Source: Torpedo marmorata (lineage: Eukaryota). From it: a stretch of 64,000 nucleotides of DNA. The stretch is from the NCBI GenBank assembly GCA_977017645.1, contig OZ360224.1, forward strand, positions 118,730,001-118,794,000, read 5' to 3'. Below the pieces are notes generated by a model. That model saw nothing but the letters and a program-made list of their open reading frames with translations. It was not told the DNA's origin and ran no database searches. The translations under genes and the position numbers were made by a program. Shown one piece after another: positions 1 through 12,203 of the stretch (position 1 is its first letter; each line of letters begins with the position of its first letter).

Positions 1-61
1 CCCTCGGCCCTCCCCCACCTGGTCCCCACCCTGTCCCGCCTGCATCGCTCCTCCCACTTAC

Positions 62-163
62 CACGGCCTCATCGAAGAGTTCACGCAGTTTGTGCTCGGA
101 CTCCCCAGAGACCCCGGACACGATCTCGGGTGCAGCCACTTTCAGCAACGGCAGCTCCAGCTC
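62..163 (-). CDS. NVL: NVL coding exon 10 ([34 protein letters not shown]), AAA D1 domain; gene continues beyond window start
   Basis: Minus strand reads tag|GAG...GTG|gtaagt; 102 nt, phase 0/0. Near-identical to recalled vertebrate [37 protein letters not shown]. Confidence 0.95.
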
Positions 164-224
164 CTACACGGGGACAGGGAGTCAGCGTCCTGTGTGCACG
201 GGGGTCCCCAGGGGCAATGGCTCC

Positions 225-1140
225 CGTCCCCCCCATACACACCCCTCTCAACCCTCCCTCCCACTCACCCTACCCGCACTCAACCCCCCACCACTCACCC
301 CTCCCCCCACCACTCACCCTCCCCAACCCTCTTCCCCACTCACCTCCGCCTCCCCGCTCACCCTCCCCGCTCAACCCCCCCCTCACCCTTCCCCTCCCCC
401 CTCCCCCACTCACGCCTCTCCCCTCCCCCCACTAAATCCTCCCCCTCCCCCCACTTACCCCTCCCCCCACTTACCCCTCCCCTCACTCACTCTTCCACCC
501 CACTCAACCCTCCCCCACTCAACCCTCCCCTCCCCCACTTCACCCAACCCTCCCCCTCAACCCCTTCCCCTCCCACCCCTCACCCTTGCCCCCCACTCAA
601 ACCTCCCCCTCCCCCCTCACCCATCCCCACACTCAACCCTCCTCCCCGCTCACCCCTCCCCCCACTCATCCCTCCCCTTCCCACTCACCCCTCACTCCCC
701 TCCCCACTCCCCCCGCTCACTCCCTCCTCCCCCTCAACCCTTCCCCTCCCACCCCTCACCCCCTCCCTACACTCACCCCTCCCCCGCTCACCCCTCCCCA
801 CTCATCCCTCCCCTTCCCACTCACCCCTCCACTCAACCCTTCCCCTCCCAACCCCTCACCCACACTCAACCCTCCCCCTCCCCACTCACCCCTCCCTACA
901 CTCACCCCTTCCCACTCACTCCTCCCCACTCATCCCTCCCCTCCCCACTCACCCCTCCCTACACTCATCCCCCTTCCCACTCACCCCACCCCACTCATCC
1001 TCCCCTCCCCACTCACCCCTCCCCTCCCCACTCACCCCTCCCCCCCGCACTCAACCCTCCCCCTCCCCACTCACCCCCGCCACTCATCCCTACCCCTTCC
1101 CAACACCAGTTACGCCTATGCCCTCCCCATTACCCCTCCC
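225..1140. repeat. C-rich low-complexity tract (CCCTCCCCCACTCA-like units)
   Basis: Degenerate short repeats of C/T/A; explains the Pro/His-rich spurious ORFs. Confidence 0.9.
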
Positions 1141-1611
1141 ATCATCGAGGGAGTGGGCATCGTCGGAGTGGGCTGTCAGAGCGGAAAGGCTTTGGCTCAA
1201 GGGGCTTCGGCGAATAGGGGCTGAGGTGGTGGTGCAGGAGTTGAAGTAAAAAAGGGCCACCCTATTCAAGGAACAAAAAGTATTCAGCAGGAAGGCACGG
1301 GTAAGAGCAAGTTTTATATATTTTTGTTCCTCTAGTCATAAACAGTGGGAATGGCAGCCAAGGCAGGGGAATGCCACTCTTGCAGAATGTGGGTTGTCAG
1401 GGAAGCCAGCAATATCCCTGATGACTTCATCTGCGAGAAGTGCATCCAGCTGCTGCTCCTGACAAGCCGAGTTAAGGAATTGGTCTGGAGTTGGATGAAC
1501 TCCGGATCATTCGGGAGGCAGAGGGGGGTGATTGACAGGAGTTACAGGGACACTATCACATCTTGGAGGCAGGAGGAGGGTAGATGGGTGACAGTCAGGA
1601 GAGGGAAAGGG

Positions 1612-2655
1612 GGTTATGATTTGTCTAATAGAACCTTTCACTGTTTTCTCCAATTAAGATCCTTCTTGCGAGAAAGGTGGGGTCCTGCAATGACCCCGCC
1701 TATAAGCAACGAGGTAGAACAGTTACTTCAACTGGGAAATGCATTCAAAATTATATCCAGAATGTATTTTGTGCTCCAAAGTGAAAGCGCTAAGCCGGGT
1801 ATACACAGATCGAGGGAGAGGTGGGAGTCGGACTTAGGTACAACAATTCATGAACGTTGCTGGTCGGATTGGTGTAGGAATAGTATGACGACGATTATTA
1901 ATGCTAGATATGGATTGGTTCAATATAATTTTTTGCACCAACTATATCTCACACCACAAAAGTTACACAAATCAAAATCCGAAATATCGGAAATGTGTTT
2001 CAGATGTGATGGGAAAATTGGAACTTTCCTGCACTCCACTTGGTCCTGTGCAAAGGTACGATCCTTTTGGTATGATATATCTAATATACTAACTAGAATT
2101 ACGGGGATGGCCTTTCCACTGGACCCGGAGTTGTATCTCCTAGGAAATTTAATGGACATAAGCTACAAATTATCTAAATTCCAAATTCAATTTGTGCTAG
2201 TTGCTTTGTCCGTAGCAAAAAACTGTATTGCAGTCACTTGGAAGAACGACTCCCCCCTTCAAATCACTCGGTGGTCAGCAGAAATGTACAGCTGTATTCC
2301 TATGGAGAAAATTACATATAACCTCAGGAATAGATACGGTACATTTGTAAAGGTGTGGCAACCATACCTGGAGTATATTGGGGTCCATTTGTAATTTAAA
2401 ACCTGAAGTACAATACAATATAGCATAGAAATATTTAACGGTGTGGCGCCTCCAAAAAGATTGAAAAATTAATGTAAGCACTGACAGTATGTTTAGTTTT
2501 TCATTTTCTTTCTTTTCTTTTGTATGTTTTATTTTCTTTTTTCAGTTAGGGGGAGGGAGGGAAAGTTTAATGATAATGTTGTATATAGTTGTGAATCGTA
2601 TATTTTCTGTTTATATTGTGGACTTTGAAAATAAAAAAAATATTCCAAAAAAAAA
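1612..2655 (+). mobile_element. 5'-truncated L1-type LINE (ORF2 C-terminus, 3'UTR, poly-A) inserted in CR1 ORF1
   Basis: CFRC..HSTWSC motif; A-tail; 15-bp TSD AGGAGAGGGAAAGGG at 1597-1611 and 2656-2670. Near-identical to 38880-39900. Confidence 0.92.
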
Positions 2656-3560
2656 AGGAGAGGGAAAGGGAACAGGCAGGCAGTGCAGGGCACCCGTGTG
2701 GCCGTTCCCTTCAATAACAAGTATACCATTTTCGTTACTGTTGGGGGGCGGACCTACCAGAGACAAGCCACGGAGATCAGGTCTCTGGCACAGAGTCTGG
2801 TCCTGTGGCTAAGAAGGGAAGGGAGGAGAAGAGGCGAACTGTAGTGATAGGGGATTCCATAGTTAGGAGGACAGATAAGAGGTTCTGTGGAAGAGATTGA
2901 GTATCCCGGATGGTATGTTGCTTCCCTGGTGCCAGGGTCCGAGATATCTCAGATTGAGTTCACGGCATTCTCAGGAAGGGAGGTGAGCAGACAGATGACG
3001 TGGTCCATGTAGGAAGGGTGAGGAGGTCCTTCAGGGAGGTTGAAGGACAGGACCTCCAGGGTTGTGATCTCAGGATTGCTACCTGTGCCACATGCTAGTG
3101 AGGTTAGAAATAGGAGTATAATGCGGCTCAACACGTGGCCAAAGACATGGTGTAGGAGGGAGGACTTCAGGTTTCTGGATCATTGGGCTCTCTTCCAGGG
3201 AAGGTGGGACCTGTTCCGATGGGACGGTTTGCATCTGAACTGGAGGGGGACTAATATCCTTGCGGGAAGGTTTGCTAGTGCTTCTCCGGTGGGATTAAAC
3301 TAGATTTGCATGGATCGTTAGAAGTCAACGGGTTGTACGTGGTGGAAATTTTCTAAAGTGCATCTATTTCAATGCAAGGAGTTTTGTAGGAAAGGCAGAC
3401 GAGCTTAGAGCGTGGATTGGCACGTGGAATTATGACATTGTGGCCATTAGTGAAACTTGGTTGCAGGAGGGGCAGGACTGGCAGCTCAATGTTCTGGGCT
3501 TCCGTTGCTTTAGACGCGATAGAACGGGGGGGATGAAAGGGGGAGGAGTGGCATTGCTCG

Positions 3561-4403
3561 TGTTATGGACCATGACTGACCATTTGGACGGCGGACGGTC
3601 AGCAGGAAGGATGAAGTCTTTTGGAGTACACACTGGGACCAGGTACTGAAAGAGTTAACTTGCCCAGGACTTGGTGTACCCAGAGAGAGCGAGAGACCAG
3701 AGAGAGACAGGCTGTGGAAAAGATACTTTGTTGCACTTTTGCAAAAGGCAGGTGCAGACCTCTGCAAAAAGCAGGCAGTTTTTGGAGTTGCAAAGGCTAG
3801 AGAACACAGCAAAATCCAGGCTTGTGCATCCCAGAGAAAAGGCTAGAAGAAGTCCTGAGTTAAAGCAACTTTTGTGGAGAACAGGCGTGAGATCAGCGAG
3901 ACCAGCTGTGAGATCCAAGCACACGCCTCAATCAGCGGTATACTGATTTGGAGTTGCAATCCTCGTGAATCTCTACCAAAAGGGAAAGTCATCAGAGAAG
4001 AAAAAAACAAGCCAAGTATTCGTAAGCATAAACAGTCATTGTCTCTCTCCAACGTTCATTGAAAAGTCCTTCTACCAGCACACAGAGCTGAATTTGGAAC
4101 CTGAACTTAAAGAGAGTGAATTTTTGTGGACTGTATTATATTTTTTTGACTGACTTGTTTTTATGACTGACCTGGGGTTTTTGGGGAAAGTTTTTCCATT
4201 TTTACATGAGCGTTTGGCACAGACTGTAATGGTCTGGGCTTTACACACACACACACCTTTTAGATAAGAATAGTGTTTATAGACGTTTATAGTGGGGTTA
4301 ATTGTTGTGAAATTATATGTTTAATTGTCTTTAATAAATCTAAATTTCAATTTTACCCCTTTTGCATTGCGTCTTCTGTCGTTGCTGGTTTGAATTTGTA
4401 ACA
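3561..4403 (+). mobile_element. Solo LTR (Gypsy-like) inserted in CR1 endonuclease region
   Basis: TGTTA...TAACA termini, 4-bp TSD CTCG (3557-3560 and 4404-4407), internal AATAAA; CR1 sequence resumes after it. Confidence 0.85.
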
Positions 4404-5859
4404 CTCGACAGGGAAAATATCACAGCTGTGCTCAGGCAGGACAGACCAAAGGGCTCATCTACTGAGGCAATATGGGTGGAGCTGAGGAACGGGAAAGGTA
4501 TGACAACACTCATGGGGTTGTATTTATAGACCCTCCAATAGTCAACGAGAATTGGAGGAGCAAATCTGTAGAGACAGAGCAGACAGCTGCAGGAAACATA
4601 AGGTTGTAATAGTGGAAGATTTTAATTTTCCACATATTGACTGGGACTCCCATACTGTAAAAGGGCTGGATGACTTGGAGTTTGTCAAATGTGTTCAGGA
4701 AAGTTTTCTAAATCAATATATAGAGGTACCAACTAGAGCGAGTGCAATACTGGATCTCCTATTAGGGAACGAGACAGGACACGTGACAGAAGTAAGTGTA
4801 AGGGAACATTTTGGGTCCAGTGATCATAATGCCATGAGTTTCAAGTTAATTATGGAGAAGGATAGGTCTGGGCCTCGGGTTGAGATTCTAAATTGGAGAA
4901 AGGCCAATTTTGAAGAAATGAAAAAGGATATAGAATGCGTGGATTGGGATAAGTTGTTTTCGGGCAAGAATGTGCAAGGTAAGTGGAAGACCTTCAAAGG
5001 TGACATTTTCAGAGTGCAGAGGGGGTTATGTTCCTGTCAGGATTAAAGGCAAGGTTAGCAGTCATAGGAAACCTTGGTTTTCAAGGGATATTGGGGATGT
5101 GGTTCGGAAGAAGAGAGAGGTGTATAGCAGGTATAGGCAACATGGAGCAAATGAGGTACTTGAGGAGTATAAAAAATGCAAGAAAAACCTCAAGAAAGAA
5201 ATCAGGAAGACTAAAAGAAGACATGAGGTTGCTTTGGCAGATTATGTGAAGGAAAATCCTAAGGGTTTCTACAGGTATATTAAGAGCAAAAGGATAGTAA
5301 GGGACAAATTTGATCCCCTTGAAGATCAGAGTGGTCGGCTTTGTATGGAGCCAAAAGAGATGGGGGAGATCTTAAATGTATTTTTTTCATCAGTTACAGA
5401 GAAAGGTTAAACAGGTTAGGACTTTATTCCCTGGAGTGTAGAAGAATGACGGGAGATTTGATAGAGGTATTTAAAATTATGAGGGGGATAGACAGAGTAA
5501 ATGTAGATAGGCTTTTTCCACTGAGGGTAGGTGAGATACAAACCAGAGGACATGGGTTAAGGGTGAAAGGGGAAAAGTTTAAAGGGAACATTAGGGGGAA
5601 CTTCTTCACACAGAGAGTGGTGGGAGTGCCAGCTGAAGTGAATGAAGCTGAAGTGGTGAATGAAGGCTCAATTTTAACATTTAAGAAGAATTTGGACAGG
5701 TGCATGGATGGGAGGGGTATGGAGGGATATGGACTGCGTGCAGGTCAGTGGGACTAGGCAGAAAAATGGTTTGGCACAGACTAGAAGGGCCAAAGGGGCC
5801 TGTTTCTATGCTGTAATGTTCTATGGTACTATCAACACTCACCTCCTCACCCCCACTCA

Positions 5860-6072
<213 letters not shown>

Positions 6073-6133
6073 TTAGTGTCCCGGCACACCGTCTGTGGGA
6101 GGGGGTAGTGTCCCGGCACACCGCCTGTGGGGA

Positions 6134-6472
6134 GGGTCTCGGATCCGGGGGGGAGCGGGAGGTCTCGGATCCGGGGGGGAGCGGGAGGTCTCGGATCCGG
6201 GGGGGAGCGGGAGGTCTCGGATCCGGGGGGGAGCGGGAGGTCTCAGATCCGGGGGGGAGCGGGAGGTCTCGGATCCGGGGGGGAGCGGGAGGTCTCGGAT
6301 CCGGGGGGGAGCGGGAGGTCTCGGATCCGGGGGGGAGCGGGAGGTCTCGGATCCGGGGGGGAGCGGGAGGTCTCAGATCCGGGGGGGAGCGGGAGGTCTC
6401 GGATCCGGGGGGGAGCGGGAGGTCTCGGATCCGGGGGGGAGCGGGAGGTCTCGGATCCTGGGGGGGAGCGGG
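6134..6472. repeat. 26-bp minisatellite (GGATCCGGGGGGGAGCGGGAGGTCTC), ~13 copies
   Basis: Direct tandem periodicity, e.g. GGATCC at 6141 and 6167; fills most of an NVL intron. Confidence 0.95.
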
Positions 6473-6489
6473 TCATCTCATGCTCTCAC

Positions 6490-6566
6490 CTCCAGCGTGT
6501 CATCACTGCCTCCAATGTCCTCAAACCTCAGGGTGGAGTGCTGGATCTCGAACCCTCGCCGCCTCC
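6490..6566 (-). CDS. NVL: NVL coding exon 8 (RRRGFEIQHSTLRFEDIGGSDDTLE)
   Basis: cag|GG...GAG|gtgaga; 77 nt, phase 1/0. Matches recalled [25 protein letters not shown]. Confidence 0.93.
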
Positions 6567-6802
6567 CTGGTGAACAACAGATGCACCTTAACGTGGAACA
6601 GCACGGGTAATGGCCCTTCGGCCCAACACTCCTCTGCTGGACACGTGTGCAGATGATGCGTCTACCACGCGTGCCAACCCCAGCACTCTCGTGTATGAAC
6701 CCATGTTCTCACGTGTGAGCCCGTGTTCTCACGTGCGAACCCCAGTACTCTCACATGTGAACACCACAGTGAGGACAGTGGCTCCCCAGGGTGATTACTG
6801 AC

Positions 6803-6935
6803 CTGTCCTGCCCAGTAGGGTGGTCTCTGTGGTCCCGTCCACGGTCTGTGCTGACTCCTGTCCACGGCGCCGGACTCTCTTCCGCCCTCGCCTCCGCCCT
6901 AGCTCCTGCGGCTCCAGCCCAGGGTCCTCCGTGTG
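6803..6935 (-). CDS. NVL: NVL coding exon 7 (HTEDPGLEPQELGRRRGRKRVRRRGQ..., basic NLS-like)
   Basis: cag|CAC...ACA G|gtcagt; 133 nt, phase 0/1 fits both neighbouring exons; basic cluster as in the NVL linker. Confidence 0.8.
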
Positions 6936-7429
6936 CTGCAAGAATGCAGGGTTCAGCACACCAGGGAGGAGGAGGGGTGGTGGAGGCAATGGGTGGGGAA
7001 GAAGGGGGAGGGAGAAGGGGTAGGGGGCCGTGAGTGAGGTAGGGTGATGGTGTGTGGCCTGGGGGCAGCGGGTGGTGATAGGGAGGGGGCTGTGGATGGA
7101 TGGTGTGTGGCCTGGGGGCAGCGGGTGTGGATGGGGAGGGAGAGGGGGCCGTGAGTGAGGGAGGGGGGCGGGGGTTAGATGGTGTGTGGCCTGAGGGGAG
7201 CGGGTGTGGATGGGGAGGGAGAGGGGGTAGGGGGCCGTGAGTGAGGGAGAGGGGAGGGGGATGGATGGTGTGTGGCCAGGGGGCAGCAGATGGGGATGGG
7301 TCAGGGATTGGGAGGTAGGGGCAGGGGGTAGAATTAGGGGCTCAGGGGTGTGAGGGGAGGGGGTTGGAGACAGAGAACAGGAACACCAGTGACCCTGAAC
7401 TCTGGGTCTACAGCAGGCAGCAACTCTAC

Positions 7430-7645
7430 CTGGTCAATGGAAACCGTCCTCATGGACCGGTCAATGAACCACCCGTCAGGAGAAGCTCCCTTTCCACCTG
7501 GGGTCCTCGCCCATCCTCTGGTCGTCCGTGGCGCTATCTGTGCAAGCGCGCTGGGGTCCTCTGCTGCTCTCCATGGGGCAGAGCTGGGTCCACTCTCGTT
7601 CCTCCGGTAGAGACTCAACAGCGAAGAGTTCATGTGATTGGTCGG
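7430..7645 (-). CDS. NVL: NVL coding exon 6 (PTNHMNSSLLSLYRR...GWFIDRSMRTVSIDQ)
   Basis: cag|CCG...CAG|gtagag; 216 nt; conserved NHMNSSLLSLY and GWFID motifs. Confidence 0.9.
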
Positions 7646-8250
7646 CTGCAGAGAGAGAGCAAATGGTGAGTGGGAACCACGAGGGAAGGCAGGTCCAGTG
7701 GGTGGGGGACCGAGGAGGGGGGGTGGGTGCTGGGGCAGAGGGGGGAGTGAACAAGGAGGATCCAGGAAGCAGGGGATGCACTGGGGGTTGGGGGATGAGG
7801 CGGAAGCAGCGGGTGGGGGGGGCGTGGGGTGGAAGGGAGCTGGTCCAGGATGCAGGTGGGGAAGGGTCCAGGATGGAGGTGGGGAAGGATCCGGGATGGA
7901 GGTGGGGAAGGATCTGGGATGGAGGTGGGGAATGGTCCCAGATTGGGGGAGGGGTAGGGTCTTGAGAGCAGGTGAGGGGTAGAGTAGCAGGGGGACAGGG
8001 TCCCTGGGAGGAGGGGCGGGGGACGGGGACCAGAAAAGAGAGCGCCCCAATCCCTGAATGGAGCCAACACGGGCCCCCTCCCACCACAGTAAGTCTCAGC
8101 CACCTGATTCACCCCGTCCCCACCCCGAGCTGGAAGACCGCCTCCTCGCCCTGTGCCAGTACACAAGAACCAGGAGCAGGCCATTCAGCCCATTGAACCT
8201 GTTCCCCAGTCAATGAGACAGCTCCACCCACCTTCCCTTCCCACCAGGAT

Positions 8251-8472
8251 GGCACGGTTAATGTCACGGTGAGCACAGAACTATTACAGCACCAGTGACC
8301 GGGTTCGAATCCTGCGCTAAGGAGTTTGTACTTTCTCCCCGTGTCCTCTGGGTGCTCCGGTTTCCTCTCACCCTTCAAAACGTACGGAGTGGGTAGGTTA
8401 ATTGGTGTATTTGGGGGGCTTGGGCTCGTGGGCCGGAAAGGCCTGTTACTGTGCTGTACGTCTAAATTTAAA
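8251..8472 (+). mobile_element. tRNA-derived V-SINE (HE1-like)
   Basis: GGCACGG head, GGTTCGAATCC B-box, V-domain TTCTCCCCGTGT..GCTCCGGTTTCCT; four copies in the window. Confidence 0.85.
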
Positions 8473-8479
8473 GTTGTAA

Positions 8480-9075
8480 CCTTTAATTCCCCAACTTTGT
8501 AAAAACCTATCTGCGTCTAAAATGCATTTAATGAGGCCACCTCAAGTACTTCCATAGGCAGTGAATTCCACAGATTCACCACTCACTGGGAGAAGCCGTT
8601 CCTCCTCATCTCCGTCCTAAATCTTCTCCCCCGAATCTTGAGGCCATGTCCCCCAGTTCTTGTCTCACCTACCGGTGGAAACAACTTTCCTGCCTCAAGC
8701 TTCTCTGTCCCTTTCGTAATATTTTTAATGTTTCTTTCAGATACCCTCACATTCTTCTGAACCCCAGGCGACTCAATTCTCCCTACAGGCTAACCCCTTC
8801 ATCTGGAATCAACCTGGTGAACCTCCTCTCGACCGCTTACAAAGCCAGTACATCCTTCCTCAAGTCAGGAGGCCAGAACTGCACGCAGTAGTCCAGGGCC
8901 GACATCAGCGGAACCCTGTACAGTTGCAGCAGAACCTCCCTGCTCTTAAATTCTATCCCTCCAGCAATGAAGGCCAACGTCCCATTTGCTTTCTTGATTA
9001 CTGGTTACTCCCGCAAAACAATCTTTTGTGATTCATGCACAAGCACTCCCAGGTCTCTCTGCACAGTAGAATGCT
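8480..9075 (-). mobile_element. CR1 LINE 3' fragment (degenerate)
   Basis: Reverse complement resembles the CR1 ORF2 C-terminus (..GTGGTGAATCTGTGGAATTCACTGCC..). Confidence 0.7.
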
Positions 9076-9238
9076 GAAATGTTTCACCAGTACCCATCAC
9101 ACACCCACCTCACCCACACACATCGTCACATCCCTCCTGCCTGGGTGTGATGAGCACCCACTCCCTCCTTTGGAGAGGGCCAGCACCAGTCCACACACAG
9201 CCAAGTGTCATCCACATCAGTAAATCATCTTAAATTAC

Positions 9239-9290
9239 CGGGTATTCAGGATAATCCTCACTGTCCGAAGACACTGCGATCAGCTCTGCT
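9239..9290 (-). CDS. NVL: NVL coding exon 5 (AELIAVSSDSEDYPEYP)
   Basis: cag|A GCA...CCG|gtaatt; 52 nt, phase 2/0 links exons 4 and 6. Resembles recalled SSMEDYPDPQ. Confidence 0.85.
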
Positions 9291-9329
9291 CTGTGGGAAA
9301 AAAGTCAGAAATCAAATGAGGGGCAGCAC

Positions 9330-12203
9330 TAGTTAGACAGAGTGAGCCTCCCTCTACACCGTCCCATCACACAGTCCCAGGGTCAGACCTCCCTCCAAAC
9401 GGTGCCTCACACCCCTCGCGTCAGACACAGAGTGAGCCTCCCTCTACACCGTCCCATCACACAGTCCCGGGGTCAGACACAGAGTGAAGCCTCCCTCTAC
9501 ACCGTCCCATCACACAGTCCCAGGGTCAGACCTCCCTCCAAACGGTGCCTCACACCCCTCGCGTCAGACACAGAGTGAGCCTCCCTCTACACCGTCCCAT
9601 CACACAGTCCCGGGGTCAGACACAGAGTGAAGCCTCCCTCTACACCGTCCCATCACACAGTCCCAGGGTCAGACACAGAGAGAAGCTCCCTCCACAACAT
9701 CCAATCACAAACTCCCGGGGTCAGACACAGAGTGAAGCTCCCACTCCCCGTTCCATCACACACGTTCAGGGTCAGACACAGAATGAAGCTCTCTCCACAC
9801 CGTCCCGTCACATACTCCCGGGGTCAGACACAGAGTGAGGCTCCCTCCACACTGTCCCATCACACACTCCCGGGGTCAGAGAGTGAAGCTCCCTCCGCAC
9901 CGTCCCATCATACACTCCCGGGGTCAGACAGAGTGAAGCTCCCACTCCCCGTTCCATCACACAGGTCCAGGGTCAGTCACAGAGTGAAGCTCCCTCCACA
10001 CTGTCCCGTTACACATCCCGGGTTCAGACGCAGAGTGAACCTCCCTCCACACCGTCCCATCACACACTCCCGGGGTCAAACAGAGTGAAGCTCCCTCTAT
10101 CTGTCCCATCACAATCCTGGGGTCAGACACAGAGTGAAGCTCCCTCCACACTATCCCATCACACGCTCCCAGGGTCAGACACAGAGTGAAGCTCCCTCCA
10201 CACTGTTCCATCACACACTCCCGGGGTCAGACACAGAGTGAAGCTCCCTCCACACTGTTCCATCACTCAATCCTGGGGTCAGACACAAAGTGAAGCTCCC
10301 TCCATATCGTTCCACCACACAATCCCGAGGTCAGACACAAAGTGAAGCTCCCTCTATCCATCCCATCACACAATCCCGAGGTCAGACACAGAGTGAAGCT
10401 CCCTCTGCACCGTCCCATCACACACTCCCGGGGTCAGACACAGAGTGAAGCTCTTTCCGCACACTCCCATCACACAGTCCCAGGGACAGATCTAGCAGTG
10501 CGCCTCCCTCCAAACAGCGCCCTCACACTCCTCGCGTCAGACACAGAGTGAAGCTCCCTCCACACCGTTCCATCACACTCCCAGGGTCAGACACAGAGTG
10601 AAGCTCCCTCCACACCGTCCCATCACACACTCCCAGGGTCAGACACAGAGAGAAGCTCCCTCCACAACATCCCATCACAAACTCCCAGGGTCAGACACAG
10701 AGTGAAGCTCCCACTCCCCGTTCCATCACACACGTTCAGGGTCAGACACAGAGTGAAGCTCTCTCCACACCGTCCCGTCACATACTCCCGGGGTCAGACA
10801 CAAAGTGAGGCTCCCTCCACACTGTCCCATCACACACTCCCGGGAAGCTCCCTCCGCACCGTCCCATCATATACTCCCTGGGTCAGACAGAGTGAAGCTC
10901 CCACTCCCCGTTCCATCACACACGTCCAGGGTCAGTCACAGAGTGAAGCTCCCTCCACACCGTCCCGTTACACATCCCGGGTTCAGATGCAGAGTGAACC
11001 TCCCTCCACACCGTCCCATCACACACTCCCAGGGTCAGACACAGAGTGAAGCTCCCTCCACACCGTTCCATCACTCAATCCTGGGGTCAGACACAAAGTG
11101 AAGCTCCCTCCATATCGTTCCACCACACAATCCCGAGGTCAGACACAAAGTGAAGCTCCCTCTATCCATCCCATCACACAATCCCGAGGTCAGACACAGA
11201 GTGAAGCTCCCTCTGCACCGTCCCATCACACACTCCCGGGGTCAGACACAGAGTGAAGCTCTTTCCGCACACTCCCATCACACAGTCCCAGGGACAGATA
11301 TAGCAGTGCGCCTCCCTCCAAACAGCGCCCTCACACTCCTCGCGTCAGACACAGAGTGAAGCTCCCTCCACACCGTCCCATAACACAATCCCGAGGTCAG
11401 ACACAGAGTGAATCTCCCTCCACTCTGTCCCATCACACAATCCCGAGGTCAGACACAGAGTGAAGCTCCCTCCACACCGTCCCATCACACACTCCCGGGG
11501 TCAGACACAGAGTGAAGCTCACTCCACACCGTCCCATCACACACTCCAGGGGTCAGACGCAAAGTGAAGCTCCCTCTATCCATCCCATCACACACTCCAG
11601 GGGTCAGACACAGAGTGAAGCTCCCTCCACACCGTCCCATAACACAATCCCGAGGTCAGACACAGAGTGAATCTCCCTCCACACCGTCCCATCACACACT
11701 CCTGGGGTCAGACGCAAAGTGAAGCTCCCTCTATCCATCCCATCACACACTCCAGGGGTCAGACACAGAGTGAAGCTCCCTCCACACCGTCCCATAACAC
11801 AATCCCGAGGTCAGACACAGAGTGAATCTCCCTCCACACCGTCCCATAACACAATCCCGAGGTCAGACACAGAGTGAAGCTCCCTCCACACCGTTCCATC
11901 ACACAATCCCGAGGTCAGACACAGAGTGAAGCTCCCTCCACACCATCCCATCACACACTCCCGGGGTCAGACACAGAGTGAAGCTCACTCCACACCGTCC
12001 CATCACACACTCCCGGGGTCAGACACAGAGTGAAGCTCCCTCCACACCGTTCCATCACACAATCCCGGGGTCAGACGTGAGTGAAGCTCCCTCCGCACCG
12101 TTCCATCACACAATCCCGGGGTCAGACACAAAGTGAAGCTCCCTCTATCCATCCCAACACATAATCCCGAGGTCAGACGTGAGTGAAGCTCCCTCTACAC
12201 CGT
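9330..12203. repeat. 52-bp minisatellite array (CAGAGTGAAGCTCCCTCCACACCGTCCCATCACACACTCCCGGGGTCAGACA)
   Basis: Tandem copies with variants and higher-order blocks; continues at 14265-14395 beyond the Rex1 insertion. Confidence 0.95.

Larger units (their letters stand above)
1148..5835 (+). mobile_element. CR1-type LINE, degenerate and internally deleted (5'UTR, ORF1 Zn-finger/SGNH esterase, ORF2 APE endonuclease, 3' end)
   Basis: Motifs CHSCRMW..CEKC, VVISGLLPVP..DGLHLN (esterase), AISETWL and DFNFPHIDW..SDHN (EN). Jumps at ~5390 to the RT C-terminus (TRGHGLRV) and a (TTCTA)-like tail. Interrupted by insertions at 1612-2655 and 3561-4403. Confidence 0.9.

Noticed and set aside
90-1249. Long Pro/His-rich ORFs
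   Set aside because: Products of a C-rich low-complexity tract that lacks stop codons; intronic.
8251-8320. tRNA-like A/B boxes (also at 13490-13564, 45259 and 52371)
   Set aside because: These are SINE heads followed by the V-domain, not tRNA genes.
9330-12203. 52-bp array as CRISPR or as V(D)J recombination signals (CACAG..)
   Set aside because: No unique spacers; no exact heptamer-12/23-nonamer arrangement.
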